A stretch of DNA of 64,000 nt from Gammaproteobacteria bacterium (GTDB lineage Bacteria > Pseudomonadota > Gammaproteobacteria > Steroidobacterales > Steroidobacteraceae). Numbering within the stretch: the stretch's first letter is position 1; each line of letters opens with the position of its first letter. The stretch is taken from assembly GCA_005878835.1 (NCBI GenBank), contig VBMV01000058.1:9148-73147 (forward strand), read 5' to 3'. Shown here in pieces: positions 1 through 9,729 of the stretch. The notes beneath the pieces were generated by a model, which was not told the DNA's origin, did no database searches, and saw nothing but the letters and a program-made list of their open reading frames with translations. Made by a program: the position numbers and the translations under genes.

Positions 1-1824
1 GAGAGTGACGTCAGTCAGGAGGTCGAGGGTTTTCGCGAGCTGCGCAGCCGCCTGTTCAGCCGCAAGGAGCCCGAGCGTTCGCGCGCCAAAGCGCGCCCGC
101 ACCGCACCACCTTCGAGCCGGTGTTCTGCGATCAGGCTCCGGCGGCGGTCGCTGCGGTGAAGGAGGCACTCGCCCACAACCAGCCGTTCGCCGTGGTGTT
201 CCTCGACATGCGCATGCCGCCGGGCCCGGACGGGGTGTGGGCGGCAGCGCAGATCAGGGAGCTGGACCCGGCGGTAGAGATCGTCATCTGCACGGCCTAC
301 TCCGACGCGGATCCCAGCGATATCGGCGGCCTGGTACCCCCCGAAGACAAGCTCTCCTACCTGCAGAAGCCCTTCCATCCGCATGAAGTGCGGCAAATGA
401 CTATCGCCCTGGGCAGCAAGTGGCGCGCCGAGCGACGCATCGTCAAGCTCGCATACTTCGATACGCTCACCGGTCTGCCCAACCGCGAGCAGTCGCATAA
501 CCGGCTGGTGCGCGCGCTGCAGGCGGCGCAGGAAAATGATCGCACCCTCGCGGTGCTGTATCTGGATCTGGACAACTTCAAGAGAGTCAATGACACGCTC
601 GGTCACGCGGCGGGGGACGAGCTGCTGCGCCGGGTCGCGGACCGGTTGCGCAACTCGCTGCGCGATCGCGTCGATACGGCGGTTCCCGGCGCGGGCGCCG
701 GCCCGCGGCTGGGCGATATTGCACGCCTCGGTGGCGATGAATTCATGGTGCTGCTGCCGAATATGCGCTCCCCCGCCGACGCGGGCGGTGTGGCGGAGCG
801 GCTGATCGAGGCGCTGCGCGAGCCCATGCAGCTCGCCTCCAATTCCCTGGTGGTGACTGCGAGCGTGGGAATCGCCGTCTATCCTCAGGACGGCACCGAT
901 GCGGTGACCCTGCTGCGCCACGCGGATCTGGCGATGTATGTCGCCAAGCGGCGCAACCCCGGCACCTACGCCTACTACGACGCATCCATGAACGCGATTG
1001 CGCTGCACCGTTTCACCATCGAGGACCGCTTGCGCGGCGCCCTCGCCCGCAACGAGCTCTCGCTCCTGTACCAGCCACAATTCGACGTGCGCACCGCGAG
1101 CGTCTCCGGGATGGAGGCGCTGCTGTGCTGGACGAGCGGCGAGCTCGGCGTGGTGAGCAGTGCCGAATTCCTTCCGGTCGCGGAGGAAACCGGGCTGATA
1201 CATTCCATCGGCGCCTGGGTGCTGCGCACCGCCTGCCTGCAGGCCAAGACCTGGCGCGCCGAGGGCCTGCCGGTGCGGCGCATTGCGGTGAATGTCTCGG
1301 GGCGTGAGTTTGCGCTCGCCGACTATCCGGCCCAGGTGGCCACGATTGTGCGGGAAACCGGCATCGATCCGGCCCTGCTGGAGCTGGAGATCAGCGAGTC
1401 GGTGGTGATGGCGGATGAGGCGTGGGCCGAGAGGACCATCAACCAGCTGAAGCAGCTCGGCGTCTCGCTCGCCCTCGACGATTTTGGCATCGGCTATTCG
1501 CGCTTCGGCCGGCTGCGCAACCTCGCGGTCGATCGGCTCAAGATAGGTCGCTCGTTCGTGACCAGCATCACCGAGGGCGGCGACGATCGCGCCATCGCCT
1601 CGGCCATCATCGCCATGTCGCGCTCGCTGCACATCAACGTCATCGCCGAGGGCGTGGAGAATTTCCCGCAACTCGCCTTCCTGCAGGAGCAGGACTGCCA
1701 GGACGCGCAGGGATTTCTGCTCAGCGGACCGCTGCAGGCCGAGGAGGCGCGCGCGCTCCTGAAGCGCTCGGGCGAGCTCGGCGACGGCTCGCGCTCGCAA
1801 CGCTTCAAGGCGCTCATCGGCTGA
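1..1824 (+). CDS. Response regulator with REC, GGDEF and EAL domains (5' partial; frame is open to window start)
   Basis: Frame 1 has no stop from nt 1, so the listed GTG at 121 is probably internal. The REC phospho-acceptor region is VVFLDMRMPPGPDG followed by YLQKPF. The GGDEF motif is intact (RLGGDEFMVLL). EAL domain motifs present: MEALLCW, VNVSGREF, ELEISES, LALDDFGIGYS, EGVE. Confidence 0.9.
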   Translation, partial: ESDVSQEVEGFRELRSRLFSRKEPERSRAKARPHRTTFEPVFCDQAPAAVAAVKEALAHNQPFAVVFLDMRMPPGPDGVWAAAQIRELDPAVEIVICTAYSDADPSDIGGLVPPEDKLSYLQKPFHPHEVRQMTIALGSKWRAERRIVKLAYFDTLTGLPNREQSHNRLVRALQAAQENDRTLAVLYLDLDNFKRVNDTLGHAAGDELLRRVADRLRNSLRDRVDTAVPGAGAGPRLGDIARLGGDEFMVLLPNMRSPADAGGVAERLIEALREPMQLASNSLVVTASVGIAVYPQDGTDAVTLLRHADLAMYVAKRRNPGTYAYYDASMNAIALHRFTIEDRLRGALARNELSLLYQPQFDVRTASVSGMEALLCWTSGELGVVSSAEFLPVAEETGLIHSIGAWVLRTACLQAKTWRAEGLPVRRIAVNVSGREFALADYPAQVATIVRETGIDPALLELEISESVVMADEAWAERTINQLKQLGVSLALDDFGIGYSRFGRLRNLAVDRLKIGRSFVTSITEGGDDRAIASAIIAMSRSLHINVIAEGVENFPQLAFLQEQDCQDAQGFLLSGPLQAEEARALLKRSGELGDGSRSQRFKALIG

Positions 1825-1901
1825 GGCGACCGCCCCGTCCCCGGAGAATTCAGCTTACAATCGCCCCGCAGGCACGCAAGGTGCGCGACGGCGGGGAAGT
1901 T

Positions 1902-3158
1902 ATGCGGACCGCGCTCGCCGATTTCATCAGGGACACCCCTGAGGGGCGCGAGGCGCAGGCGATTCTGCGCGCCTGCGTGCACTGCGGTTTCTGTCTCCCG
2001 GCCTGTCCCACCTACCAATTGCTCGGCGATGAGCTCGACAGCCCGCGCGGGCGCATCTACCTGATGAAGCAGCTGCTCGAGGGGGCGCCGGTCAGCGCGC
2101 GCACCCAGCTGCATCTGGACCGCTGTCTGACCTGCCGCGCCTGCGAGAGCGCCTGTCCGTCGGGCGTGCAGTACGGGCGGCTGCTGGACATCGGGCGCGC
2201 GCTCACCGAAGAGCGCATCACCCGCACCCCCGCCTCGCGCCTCAAACGCTACCTGCTGCGCAAGCTCGTGCCGCACACTCATCGGGTGCGCGCGCTGCTG
2301 CGTGTGGCGCGCATCGCGCGGCCGCTGTTGCCGCGGCAACTGGCGGCGCCCGTGTCCGCGGCGCGCGCCGCGCATTCGCGCCGCACCCCCTGGCCGGGCG
2401 CGCATCACGCGCGGCGGGTGTTGTTGCTGCCGGGGTGCGTGCAGCCGGCTCTGCGGCCCGGCATCGACGCGGCCGCCGCGCAGGTGCTGGATCGTGTGGG
2501 GATCTCCGGCGTTGCGGTCGCCGGCACCGGCTGCTGCGGCGCGCTCACCCATCATCTGTCCGCCCAGCAGGAGACGCTGCGTCAGGTGCGGCGCAACGTG
2601 GATGCGCTGTGGCCGCACATCGAGGCGGGCGCCGAGGCGGTGGTGGTCACCGCCAGCGCCTGCGCTTCGATGCTGAGCGAGTACGGACGCCTGCTGCAGG
2701 GCGATCCGCACTACGCCGGGCGGGCGGCGCGCGTCAGTGCGCTCTCGCGCGACATCGCTCAAGTGCTGGGCGCCGAGAGTGAGGGGCTCGCCGGCGCGCT
2801 GCGCAGCGCAGCGCGCCGGCAGGCGCCGGCTGCGGCGCGGGTCGCCTTCCATGCGCCGTGCACTTTGCAGCACGCCCTGAAGGTCACCGGCACGGTCGAG
2901 GGCTTGCTGACCGAGGCGGGCTTTGCCCTCACCCCGGTCAGCGACCGCCACCAATGCTGCGGTTCGGCGGGAACCTATTCCATCCTGCAGCCGCAGCTCT
3001 CCGCTCGGCTGCTGCGGCAGAAGGTCGCGGCTCTGGAGAGCGGCACGCCGGACCTCATCGCCACCGCCAACATCGGCTGCCTCGCGCATATCGGCGGCGG
3101 CACCTCGCTGCCGGTGTGTCACTGGGTCGAGCTGCTCGCGCAGAGACTTGATGGCTGA
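1902..3158 (+). CDS. glcF: Glycolate oxidase iron-sulfur subunit GlcF
   Basis: The product aligns by eye along its whole length with E. coli GlcF. Two ferredoxin-type clusters are present (CVHCGFCLPACP and CLTCRACESACP), plus CCG-type motifs (GCCGA, CCGSAGTY). ATG at 1902 is preceded by GGGGAAG. The 578-aa ORF from 1422 is an upstream read-through. Confidence 0.92.
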   Translation: MRTALADFIRDTPEGREAQAILRACVHCGFCLPACPTYQLLGDELDSPRGRIYLMKQLLEGAPVSARTQLHLDRCLTCRACESACPSGVQYGRLLDIGRALTEERITRTPASRLKRYLLRKLVPHTHRVRALLRVARIARPLLPRQLAAPVSAARAAHSRRTPWPGAHHARRVLLLPGCVQPALRPGIDAAAAQVLDRVGISGVAVAGTGCCGALTHHLSAQQETLRQVRRNVDALWPHIEAGAEAVVVTASACASMLSEYGRLLQGDPHYAGRAARVSALSRDIAQVLGAESEGLAGALRSAARRQAPAAARVAFHAPCTLQHALKVTGTVEGLLTEAGFALTPVSDRHQCCGSAGTYSILQPQLSARLLRQKVAALESGTPDLIATANIGCLAHIGGGTSLPVCHWVELLAQRLDG

Positions 3159-4479
3159 CCAGTGGGGCGAGCGCATGCCGCGCTCGGTGAGCCTGCTGCA
3201 GACCGTCGCCGTGTCGGTGGGCGTCGCCATCGGCAGTGGCATCTTCCGTGTTCCGGCCACGGTCGCCGCGCAGCTGCACGCGCCCGGCCCGATCATCGCC
3301 TGCTGGGTACTGGGCGGCATCATCGCGCTGTGTGGCGCCCTCACGGTCGCGGAGCTCGCGGCGGCGCTGCCACGCTCCGGGGGCATCTTCGCCTGGCTGC
3401 TGGAGAGCTACGGTCCGCTGGCGGCGTTCCTGTTCGGCTGGACCGAGCTGGTCGTGATCCGCGCCGCCGCGCTGGGCGCCATCGCGACCATCTTCGCTGA
3501 GTATCTGGGCTATTTCGTGCCGCTGAGCGCCGTGCAGGTGCGCTACACGGCGGCGCTGGCCATCGTGCTCATCGGTGCGGTCAACTACCTCGGCGTGCAG
3601 CGCGCGGCCGCGCTGCTCAGCGCCACCACCGCGCTCAAGTACGCCGTGCTCGCGGGGCTGGGGCTGCTCGCGTTCACCGCCGCCGGTGGGAGCGGCGCGC
3701 ATTTCAGCCCGGCGTGGCCCGCGGGCGTTCCGCTGTCGCTGCTCGCGAGCGCCCTGATCCCGGTGCTGTGGACCTACGACGGCTGGGCCGACCCGGCCAC
3801 CATGGCGGGGGAGGTGAGCGACCCGCAGCGCAACCTGGCGCCCGCCCTGATCGCCGGTGCGCTGTGCGTCATGCTGGTGTACCTCGTGGTCAACATCGGC
3901 TTCATGTATGCGCTCGCGCCGGCGCAGATGGCCGGCTCGCAGCTCATCGCCTCCAGCGTCGCCGCGCGCATCCCGCTGCTCGGCGGCGCCGGCGCGGCCG
4001 TGGTCGCCGCCGCGGTGATGGTGTCCGCCTTCAGCGGCCTGAACGCCTCGATGATGACCGGATCGCGGGTGTTTTACGCGATGGCCGATCGCGGTCTGTT
4101 CTTTCATGCCGCGGCGCGCGTATCGCCGCGTTTCAACAGCCCGGCGGTCGCCATCTGGCTGGCCACCGCGCTCGGTGTCGCCTACGTGCTCGAGAACGAC
4201 TTCGCGCAGCTGGCCGACAAGTTCATCCTCGGCATCTGGCCCTTCTACGCACTCGCCGTGGCGGGTGTATTCGTGTTGCGCCGCCGGCGTCCCGAGCTGC
4301 CGCGGCCGTATCGGGTGTGGGGTTATCCGCTGGTGCCGGCGGTGTTCCTGCTCGCCTCGGGCCTGATGGTGCTCAACGCGCTGTTCACCGATCCGCGCAA
4401 CACGGGTGTTACGCTGCTCATCATCGTAGCCGGGGCGCCGGTGTACTGGCTGCGCGCGCAGCTCGCGCGCCGGCGCTAA
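3151..4479 (+). CDS. APC-family amino acid permease
   Basis: N-terminal motif SLLQTVAVSVGVAIGSGIFRVPA, and about 12 hydrophobic segments. ATG at 3151 overlaps the glcF stop (ATGGCTGA). Confidence 0.85.
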   Translation: MADQWGERMPRSVSLLQTVAVSVGVAIGSGIFRVPATVAAQLHAPGPIIACWVLGGIIALCGALTVAELAAALPRSGGIFAWLLESYGPLAAFLFGWTELVVIRAAALGAIATIFAEYLGYFVPLSAVQVRYTAALAIVLIGAVNYLGVQRAAALLSATTALKYAVLAGLGLLAFTAAGGSGAHFSPAWPAGVPLSLLASALIPVLWTYDGWADPATMAGEVSDPQRNLAPALIAGALCVMLVYLVVNIGFMYALAPAQMAGSQLIASSVAARIPLLGGAGAAVVAAAVMVSAFSGLNASMMTGSRVFYAMADRGLFFHAAARVSPRFNSPAVAIWLATALGVAYVLENDFAQLADKFILGIWPFYALAVAGVFVLRRRRPELPRPYRVWGYPLVPAVFLLASGLMVLNALFTDPRNTGVTLLIIVAGAPVYWLRAQLARRR

Positions 4480-4612
4480 TTCTTCAGCCGTTCATGGGCG
4501 GCACTGCGCGCGGGGGCCTGAACCCAAGCACAATATCGACCAAGGAGGAGCGGGCGGTGGGCGATGGCACGACGACGATCCAGCGGCGCGCGGCGCACCG
4601 GGAGCGTGCGCC

Positions 4613-5629
4613 GTGAACCGGCGCGTGATGCCGGTCGCGGCCGCAGGCGCGCTCGTGCTGGCGGCGGCGGGATGGTATCTGTGGCGCGCGCGCGGCGCGG
4701 ACGACCCCAACGCCGCGCTGTCGCTGTCGGGCAATGTGGACGTGCACCAGGTGGAGCTTGCCTTCCGCGTGACCGGCAGGATCTCGCAGATGAGCGTGCA
4801 GGAGGGCGACAAGGTCACCGCGGGCCAGACGCTCGCCCAGCTGGACCGCGTGCCGTTTGCGACCGACGTCGCCGCCGCCCGGGCGGATGTGGCTCAGCAG
4901 CAGGCGCAGCTGGAGAAGACCCGGCGCGGCTACCGCGTGGAGGAAATTGCCCAGGCGCGCGCGACCGTGCAGCAGCGCGCCGCCGACCTCGATAACGCGC
5001 GCGTGTCGCTGCAGCGCCAGCAGCAGCTGGTGGCGGCGGGGCTGGTCACGCACCAGCAGATCGACGATGCCGAGGCGCGCGTGCGCATGAGCGAAGCGCA
5101 GCTCGCCGGGGCCCGTGACCAGCTGACACTGGAGTTGCACGGCTCGCGCATCGAGGACATCCAGACCCAGGAGGCCATGCTGGCCGCAGCCGAAGCGCGC
5201 CTGGAGAAGGCGCAGACCGCGCTCACCGATACCACCTTGCTCGCCCCCAGTGCCGGCATCATTTCCGTGCGGGCGCGCGAGGCCGGCGCGATCGTCCAGG
5301 CGGGACAGACGGTGTACACGCTGACGCTGAACGATCCGGTATGGATCCGCGCCTACGTGCCGCAGCCGCGCCTGGGGCGCATCAAGCCGGGGATGGCGGT
5401 TAACCTGAGCATCGATTCGATGCCGGGCAAGCACTACCAGGGCACGGTGGGCTTCATCTCGCCGGACGCCGAGTTCACTCCCAAGAGCGTGCAGACCGAT
5501 CAGGTGCGCGACGATCTGGTGTACCGCATCCGCGTGATCGCCTCCGATCCCGACGACGTGTTCCGGCAGGGCATGCCGGTGACGGTGCGGGTGCCGGCGG
5601 CGCAGCCGGCGCTGGCGCGCAACCGCTAG
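4613..5629 (+). CDS. ybhG: HlyD-family membrane fusion protein (YbhG-like)
   Basis: N-terminal TM segment, a biotinyl-lipoyl-like motif (GRISQMSVQEGDKVTAGQTLAQLD), a coiled-coil region and a beta-barrel C-terminus. It is followed by a YbhFSR-type ABC set. The GTG start at 4613 is not certain; GTG 4625 and ATG 4628 are possible. Confidence 0.85.
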   Translation: MNRRVMPVAAAGALVLAAAGWYLWRARGADDPNAALSLSGNVDVHQVELAFRVTGRISQMSVQEGDKVTAGQTLAQLDRVPFATDVAAARADVAQQQAQLEKTRRGYRVEEIAQARATVQQRAADLDNARVSLQRQQQLVAAGLVTHQQIDDAEARVRMSEAQLAGARDQLTLELHGSRIEDIQTQEAMLAAAEARLEKAQTALTDTTLLAPSAGIISVRAREAGAIVQAGQTVYTLTLNDPVWIRAYVPQPRLGRIKPGMAVNLSIDSMPGKHYQGTVGFISPDAEFTPKSVQTDQVRDDLVYRIRVIASDPDDVFRQGMPVTVRVPAAQPALARNR

Positions 5630-5641
5630 GCAGGTCCCGCG

Positions 5642-7396
5642 GTGAGCGTCCACGCACCGGCAACCCCCGCGCCGCCGGCGGCGCGGGTGCTCGGACTGGT
5701 GAAGACCTTCGGCACCGCAACCGCGCTCGCCGGGATCAGCGCCGCGCTGCCGCCGGCGAGGATCATCGGGCTGGTGGGTCCGGACGGGGCGGGCAAGACC
5801 ACCCTCATCCGGCTGCTCGCGGGCCTGATGCAGCCCACGGCCGGGACGCTCGAGGTGCTCGGCAGCACGCCGCGCGCCGAGGGTGGCATCACCCAGGCGC
5901 AGACCGGGTACATGCCGCAGCGCTTCGGGTTGTACGAGGATCTCTCGGTACTCGACAACCTCACTCTGTACGCCAACCTGCGCGCTCTGGATGCTGCGAC
6001 GCGCCGGCAGCGCTTTGCGCAGCTGCTGAGCTTCACCGATCTCGGCTCATTCACCGAGCGCCTCGCCGGCAATCTCTCCGGCGGCATGAAACAGAAGCTC
6101 GGACTCGCATGCGCGCTGCTCGGACGTCCGCGCCTGTTGTTGCTGGACGAGCCGGGCGTGGGGGTCGACCCGCTGTCGCGGCGCGAGCTGTGGCGCATGG
6201 TGAACGATCTGGTCGCAGGCGGAGTGACGGTGCTGTGGTCGACCGCCTACCTGGAAGAGGCCGAGCGCTGCGCGCACATCTGGCTGCTCGATGGCGGGCG
6301 GTTGCTGTACGAGGGGGCGCCGGCGCGCCTGAGCGAGCGGGTGCGCGGGCGCGTATTCCGTCGCCGCGTCGCCGCAGGTCAGGCGCGACAGACGGCCGAG
6401 AGCGAGCTGGCGCGCGAGGCGGTGCTCGATGCCGTGATCCAGGGTGCCAGCGTGCGAGTGGTGGCGAAGCCGGGAGCTGCGGGGGAATTCCACGCGGGCG
6501 TTTACGAGGCAGTGGCGCCGCGCCTGGAGGACGCCTACGTCGAGTTGCTCGGCGGTGCGCGCAAGGGCGAGAGCCTGCTGGCACGCGGCTGGCCGACGGG
6601 CGCGCCAGCGGACACGGCCGCCGCGGGCGGCGCTGCCGCGGTGAAGGCCGACGGGGTGCTGGTGCGTGCTGCGGGCCTGACGCGCCGCTTCGGGGACTTC
6701 GTGGCGGCCGACAACGTCGGTTTCGAAGTCCACGCCGGGGAGATCTACGGCCTGCTGGGTCCCAACGGCGCCGGCAAGTCGACCACCTTCCGCATGCTGT
6801 GCGGGCTGCTCATGCCCAGCGGCGGCGCTGCCAGCGTCGCGGGAGTGAATCTGTCGCGCGCCGCGAGCCGCGCCCGCGCGCGCCTCGGCTACATGGCGCA
6901 GAAATTCTCGCTCTATGGCGATCTGTCGGTGGCCCAGAACCTCGACTATTTCGCCGACATCTACGGCTTGCAGCGCGCCGTCAAGCGCGAGCGGGTGCGC
7001 TCGATGGTCGAGATGTTCGAGCTCGCGCCGCTCCTGCACTCGAATGCCTCGCTGCTGCCGCTGGGCTTCAAGCAGCGCCTGGCGCTCGCCTGCGCCACGC
7101 TGCACGCCCCGGCGGTGCTGTTTCTCGATGAGCCCACCAGCGGCGTCGATCCGCTCATGCGGCGCGAGTTCTGGCACCACATCAACGCGCTCACCACCCG
7201 GGGGGTGGCGGTCGTGGTCACCACACACTTCATGGAGGAGGCGGAGTATTGCGATCGCATCGGCCTCATCTGGCGCGGCAGGAAGATCGCCGAAGGCACG
7301 CCCGATGAGCTCAAGGAGAGGGTGCGCAGCCCGGCGCTTGCGGAGCCGACGCTCGAGGACGCATTCATCGCGCTCATCCAAGGCGAGGCGGCATGA
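5642..7396 (+). CDS. ybhF: ABC transporter ATP-binding protein with two fused NBDs (YbhF-like)
   Basis: Two Walker A sites (GPDGAGKTT, GPNGAGKST), two signature motifs (LSGGMKQKL, LPLGFKQRL) and two Walker B sites (LLLLDEP, VLFLDEP). Confidence 0.92.
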   Translation: MSVHAPATPAPPAARVLGLVKTFGTATALAGISAALPPARIIGLVGPDGAGKTTLIRLLAGLMQPTAGTLEVLGSTPRAEGGITQAQTGYMPQRFGLYEDLSVLDNLTLYANLRALDAATRRQRFAQLLSFTDLGSFTERLAGNLSGGMKQKLGLACALLGRPRLLLLDEPGVGVDPLSRRELWRMVNDLVAGGVTVLWSTAYLEEAERCAHIWLLDGGRLLYEGAPARLSERVRGRVFRRRVAAGQARQTAESELAREAVLDAVIQGASVRVVAKPGAAGEFHAGVYEAVAPRLEDAYVELLGGARKGESLLARGWPTGAPADTAAAGGAAAVKADGVLVRAAGLTRRFGDFVAADNVGFEVHAGEIYGLLGPNGAGKSTTFRMLCGLLMPSGGAASVAGVNLSRAASRARARLGYMAQKFSLYGDLSVAQNLDYFADIYGLQRAVKRERVRSMVEMFELAPLLHSNASLLPLGFKQRLALACATLHAPAVLFLDEPTSGVDPLMRREFWHHINALTTRGVAVVVTTHFMEEAEYCDRIGLIWRGRKIAEGTPDELKERVRSPALAEPTLEDAFIALIQGEAA

Positions 7397-8538
7397 GCGA
7401 CACGCTCACCCGGCTGCGCCTGTGGTGGCAGCAGCTCGCCGCCATCATGATCAAGGAGGGCAAGCAGGTGGTGCGCGACCCCTCCAGCTGGATCATCGCG
7501 GTGGTGCTGCCGCTCACTTTCCTGTTCCTGTTCGGCTTCGGCATCTCCCTCGACACCACGGTCGTCAGGATCGCCATGGTGCGCGAGGACGGCGGCCGCG
7601 ACGCGCTCGCCTTTGCCGCTGCGCTCACCAACTCCAGATGGTTCCTGGTCGTCGCGGCCACAGATCGGCGCTCCGCTGAGCGAGCGCTGCAGGACCAGAG
7701 CGTCAAGGCGGTCATCATCATTCCCGCCGAGTTCGGCCGGCGTCTCAACGCGCAGAACACGACCGCACAGGTGCAGGTGCTGGTCGACGGCGCGGAACCG
7801 AACACCGCCAACTACGTGCACGGCTACGTGCAGGCGATCTGGAACGGCTTTCTGGCCGCACGCGGCCGCGAGCAGGGCGCCGCGCCCGCCGCTGCGGTCA
7901 GCGTCGAGGTGCGCTACTGGTACAACGCCAACGCGGTGAGCCGCTGGTTCCTGATCCCCGGCTCGATGACGGTGATCATGACGCTGCTCGGGACGCTGCT
8001 CACCTCGCTGGTGATCGCGCGCGAGTACGAGCGTGGCACGCTGGAAGCGCTGTACGCGACGCCGCTCACCCGCGGCCAGATCCTGATCGGCAAGACCCTG
8101 CCGTATTTCCTGCTGGCGATGGTGTCGATGCTGGTGTGCGTGCTGACGGCGCTGCTGCTGTTCAAGCTGCCGCTGCGCGGCTCGTTCCTGGCGCTCGGCC
8201 TGGTGTCGGCGGTGTTCCTGGTGCCGGCACTGGGGCAGGGCCTGCTGATATCGGTGACCATGAGAACGCAGATGGCCGCGGCGCAGCTCGGGCTCATGAC
8301 CGGTTACATGCCGGCGATGATGCTGTCGGGTTTTCTGTTCGATATCCACTCCATGCCGCCGTGGCTGCAGGCGATCACGCTGGCGATCCCGGCGCGCTAC
8401 ATGAACGTGTCGCTGCAGACGGTGTTCCTGGCCGGCGATCTGTGGTCGGTGCTCATTCCCAACATGCTGTTCATGCTCGCCGTGGGGGCGCTGTTCTTCG
8501 GCCTCACCTGGCGGCGCTTGCACAAGCGGGTGGATTGA
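7393..8538 (+). CDS. ybhS: ABC-2 type transporter permease (YbhS-like)
   Basis: ATGA overlap with the upstream ATPase gene. The N-terminus is typical for ABC-2 permeases (IMIKEGKQVVRDPSSW), and there are 6 predicted TM segments. Confidence 0.88.
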   Translation: MSDTLTRLRLWWQQLAAIMIKEGKQVVRDPSSWIIAVVLPLTFLFLFGFGISLDTTVVRIAMVREDGGRDALAFAAALTNSRWFLVVAATDRRSAERALQDQSVKAVIIIPAEFGRRLNAQNTTAQVQVLVDGAEPNTANYVHGYVQAIWNGFLAARGREQGAAPAAAVSVEVRYWYNANAVSRWFLIPGSMTVIMTLLGTLLTSLVIAREYERGTLEALYATPLTRGQILIGKTLPYFLLAMVSMLVCVLTALLLFKLPLRGSFLALGLVSAVFLVPALGQGLLISVTMRTQMAAAQLGLMTGYMPAMMLSGFLFDIHSMPPWLQAITLAIPARYMNVSLQTVFLAGDLWSVLIPNMLFMLAVGALFFGLTWRRLHKRVD

Positions 8539-8552
8539 AGGAGCTCGAGCCG

Positions 8553-9689
8553 ATGCTGCAGCGCCTCTCGGCCATCGTTCGCAAGGAATTGATCACCATG
8601 CTGCGCGATCCGCGCGCGCGCCTGTCGCTGATCATCCCGCCCATCATCCAGCTGTTCGTGTTTTCCTCCGCCGCCACCATGGAGGTGAAGAACATCGCCG
8701 TGGCGGTCGTGGATCTCGACCGCGGACCGTACGCCCTTGACGTGCAGCAGCGCCTGGGCGGCTCGCGCAGCTTCACCCGGCTGCCGCGCTACGCGAGCGT
8801 CGCAGCCGCCCGCGGCGCACTCGAGCGCGAGCAGGTCATCGGAATCCTGGTGCTGCCGAGCGCCTTTTCCGCCGACCTCAGCGCCGGCCGGCCGGCGAGC
8901 GCGCAACTGCTGCTCGACGGACGGCGCTCCAACGCCGCGCAGATCACCGCCCAGTACGTCAGCACCATCATGGCGGCCGAGGGAGCGCCCTTGAGCGGCG
9001 CGCCGCCGCAGGCCAGGACCGGCGGCGCGGGGCCGGCTCCCCTTCCCAACGCCGAGGTGGTGATCGACAACTGGTTCAACCCCAATCTCGAGTACCAGTG
9101 GTTCATGATGCCGAACCTGGTCGGCATGCTGAGCCTCGCCGTCGCGCTCATGATCACCGCGCTGTCGGTCGCGCGCGAGCGCGAGCTCGGCACCTTCGAC
9201 CAGACGCTGGTCTCGCCGGCGACCCCGATCGAGATTGCGCTCGGCAAGCTCCTGCCGCCGCTGTTGGTGGCGAGCGTGCAGGCGACGCTGTACCTGCTGA
9301 TCGTGACGCTGCTGTACGGCGTGCCGTTCCGCGGCAACCTGCTGGTCTTCTACGCGGCGATACTCACCTTCGCCGCGGCGTGCGCCGGGGTGGGGCTGTT
9401 CATCTCCTCCCTGGTGCATACCCAGCAACAGGCTTTCCTCGGCGCGTTCGCGGTACTGCTGCCATTCGCACTGCTGTCGGGATTCGCAACGCCGGTGGAG
9501 AACATGCCCTGGTGGCTGCAGTTCGTCACGACGATCAATCCGCTCGCGCACATGTTGCGCCTCATGCAGGGGCTGTTCCTCAAGGGCGCATCGGTGGCCT
9601 CCATGGCACAGGACCTGGTGAAACTGCTCGAGATCGCGCTGTGCACCACCGTCGCTGCGGTACTGTTGTTCCGCAGGAAGGCCGCGTAG
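8553..9689 (+). CDS. ybhR: ABC-2 type transporter permease (YbhR-like)
   Basis: N-terminus IVRKELITMLRDPRARLSLIIPPIIQL, and a multi-TM C-terminal half. ATG at 8553 lies 14 nt after the ybhS-like stop and is preceded by GAAGGAG. Confidence 0.88.
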   Translation: MLQRLSAIVRKELITMLRDPRARLSLIIPPIIQLFVFSSAATMEVKNIAVAVVDLDRGPYALDVQQRLGGSRSFTRLPRYASVAAARGALEREQVIGILVLPSAFSADLSAGRPASAQLLLDGRRSNAAQITAQYVSTIMAAEGAPLSGAPPQARTGGAGPAPLPNAEVVIDNWFNPNLEYQWFMMPNLVGMLSLAVALMITALSVARERELGTFDQTLVSPATPIEIALGKLLPPLLVASVQATLYLLIVTLLYGVPFRGNLLVFYAAILTFAAACAGVGLFISSLVHTQQQAFLGAFAVLLPFALLSGFATPVENMPWWLQFVTTINPLAHMLRLMQGLFLKGASVASMAQDLVKLLEIALCTTVAAVLLFRRKAA

Positions 9690-9729
9690 CGCTTCGTATA
9701 AGATAGCGCGTCCTTGCCGAAAGACCCTC

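Noticed and set aside
1500-1560. EAL-domain variant KIGRSF in place of the usual KIDRSF in the first protein, as a hint of an inactive phosphodiesterase.
   Set aside because: The residues I am sure are catalytic (EAL Glu, Asn of NVS, ELEISE, DDFG, Lys, EGVE) are all present. I am not certain this Asp is essential, so I make no claim.
1422-1901. N-terminal extension of the glcF ORF (578 aa version). Comparable cases: the permease ORF from 29102, the treY ATG at 36464, the typA ORF to 25810 and the acrA ATG at 15975.
   Set aside because: The extensions overlap the preceding real genes or add Arg-rich non-homologous residues. Internal starts give N-termini matching known homologues or proper signal peptides.
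1494-3386. 630-aa ORF on the minus strand opposite glcF.
   Set aside because: The product is Arg/Gly/Ala/His-rich and low-complexity with no recognisable motifs. The opposite strand encodes a full-length, well-aligned GlcF. This is a typical antisense open frame in very GC-rich DNA.
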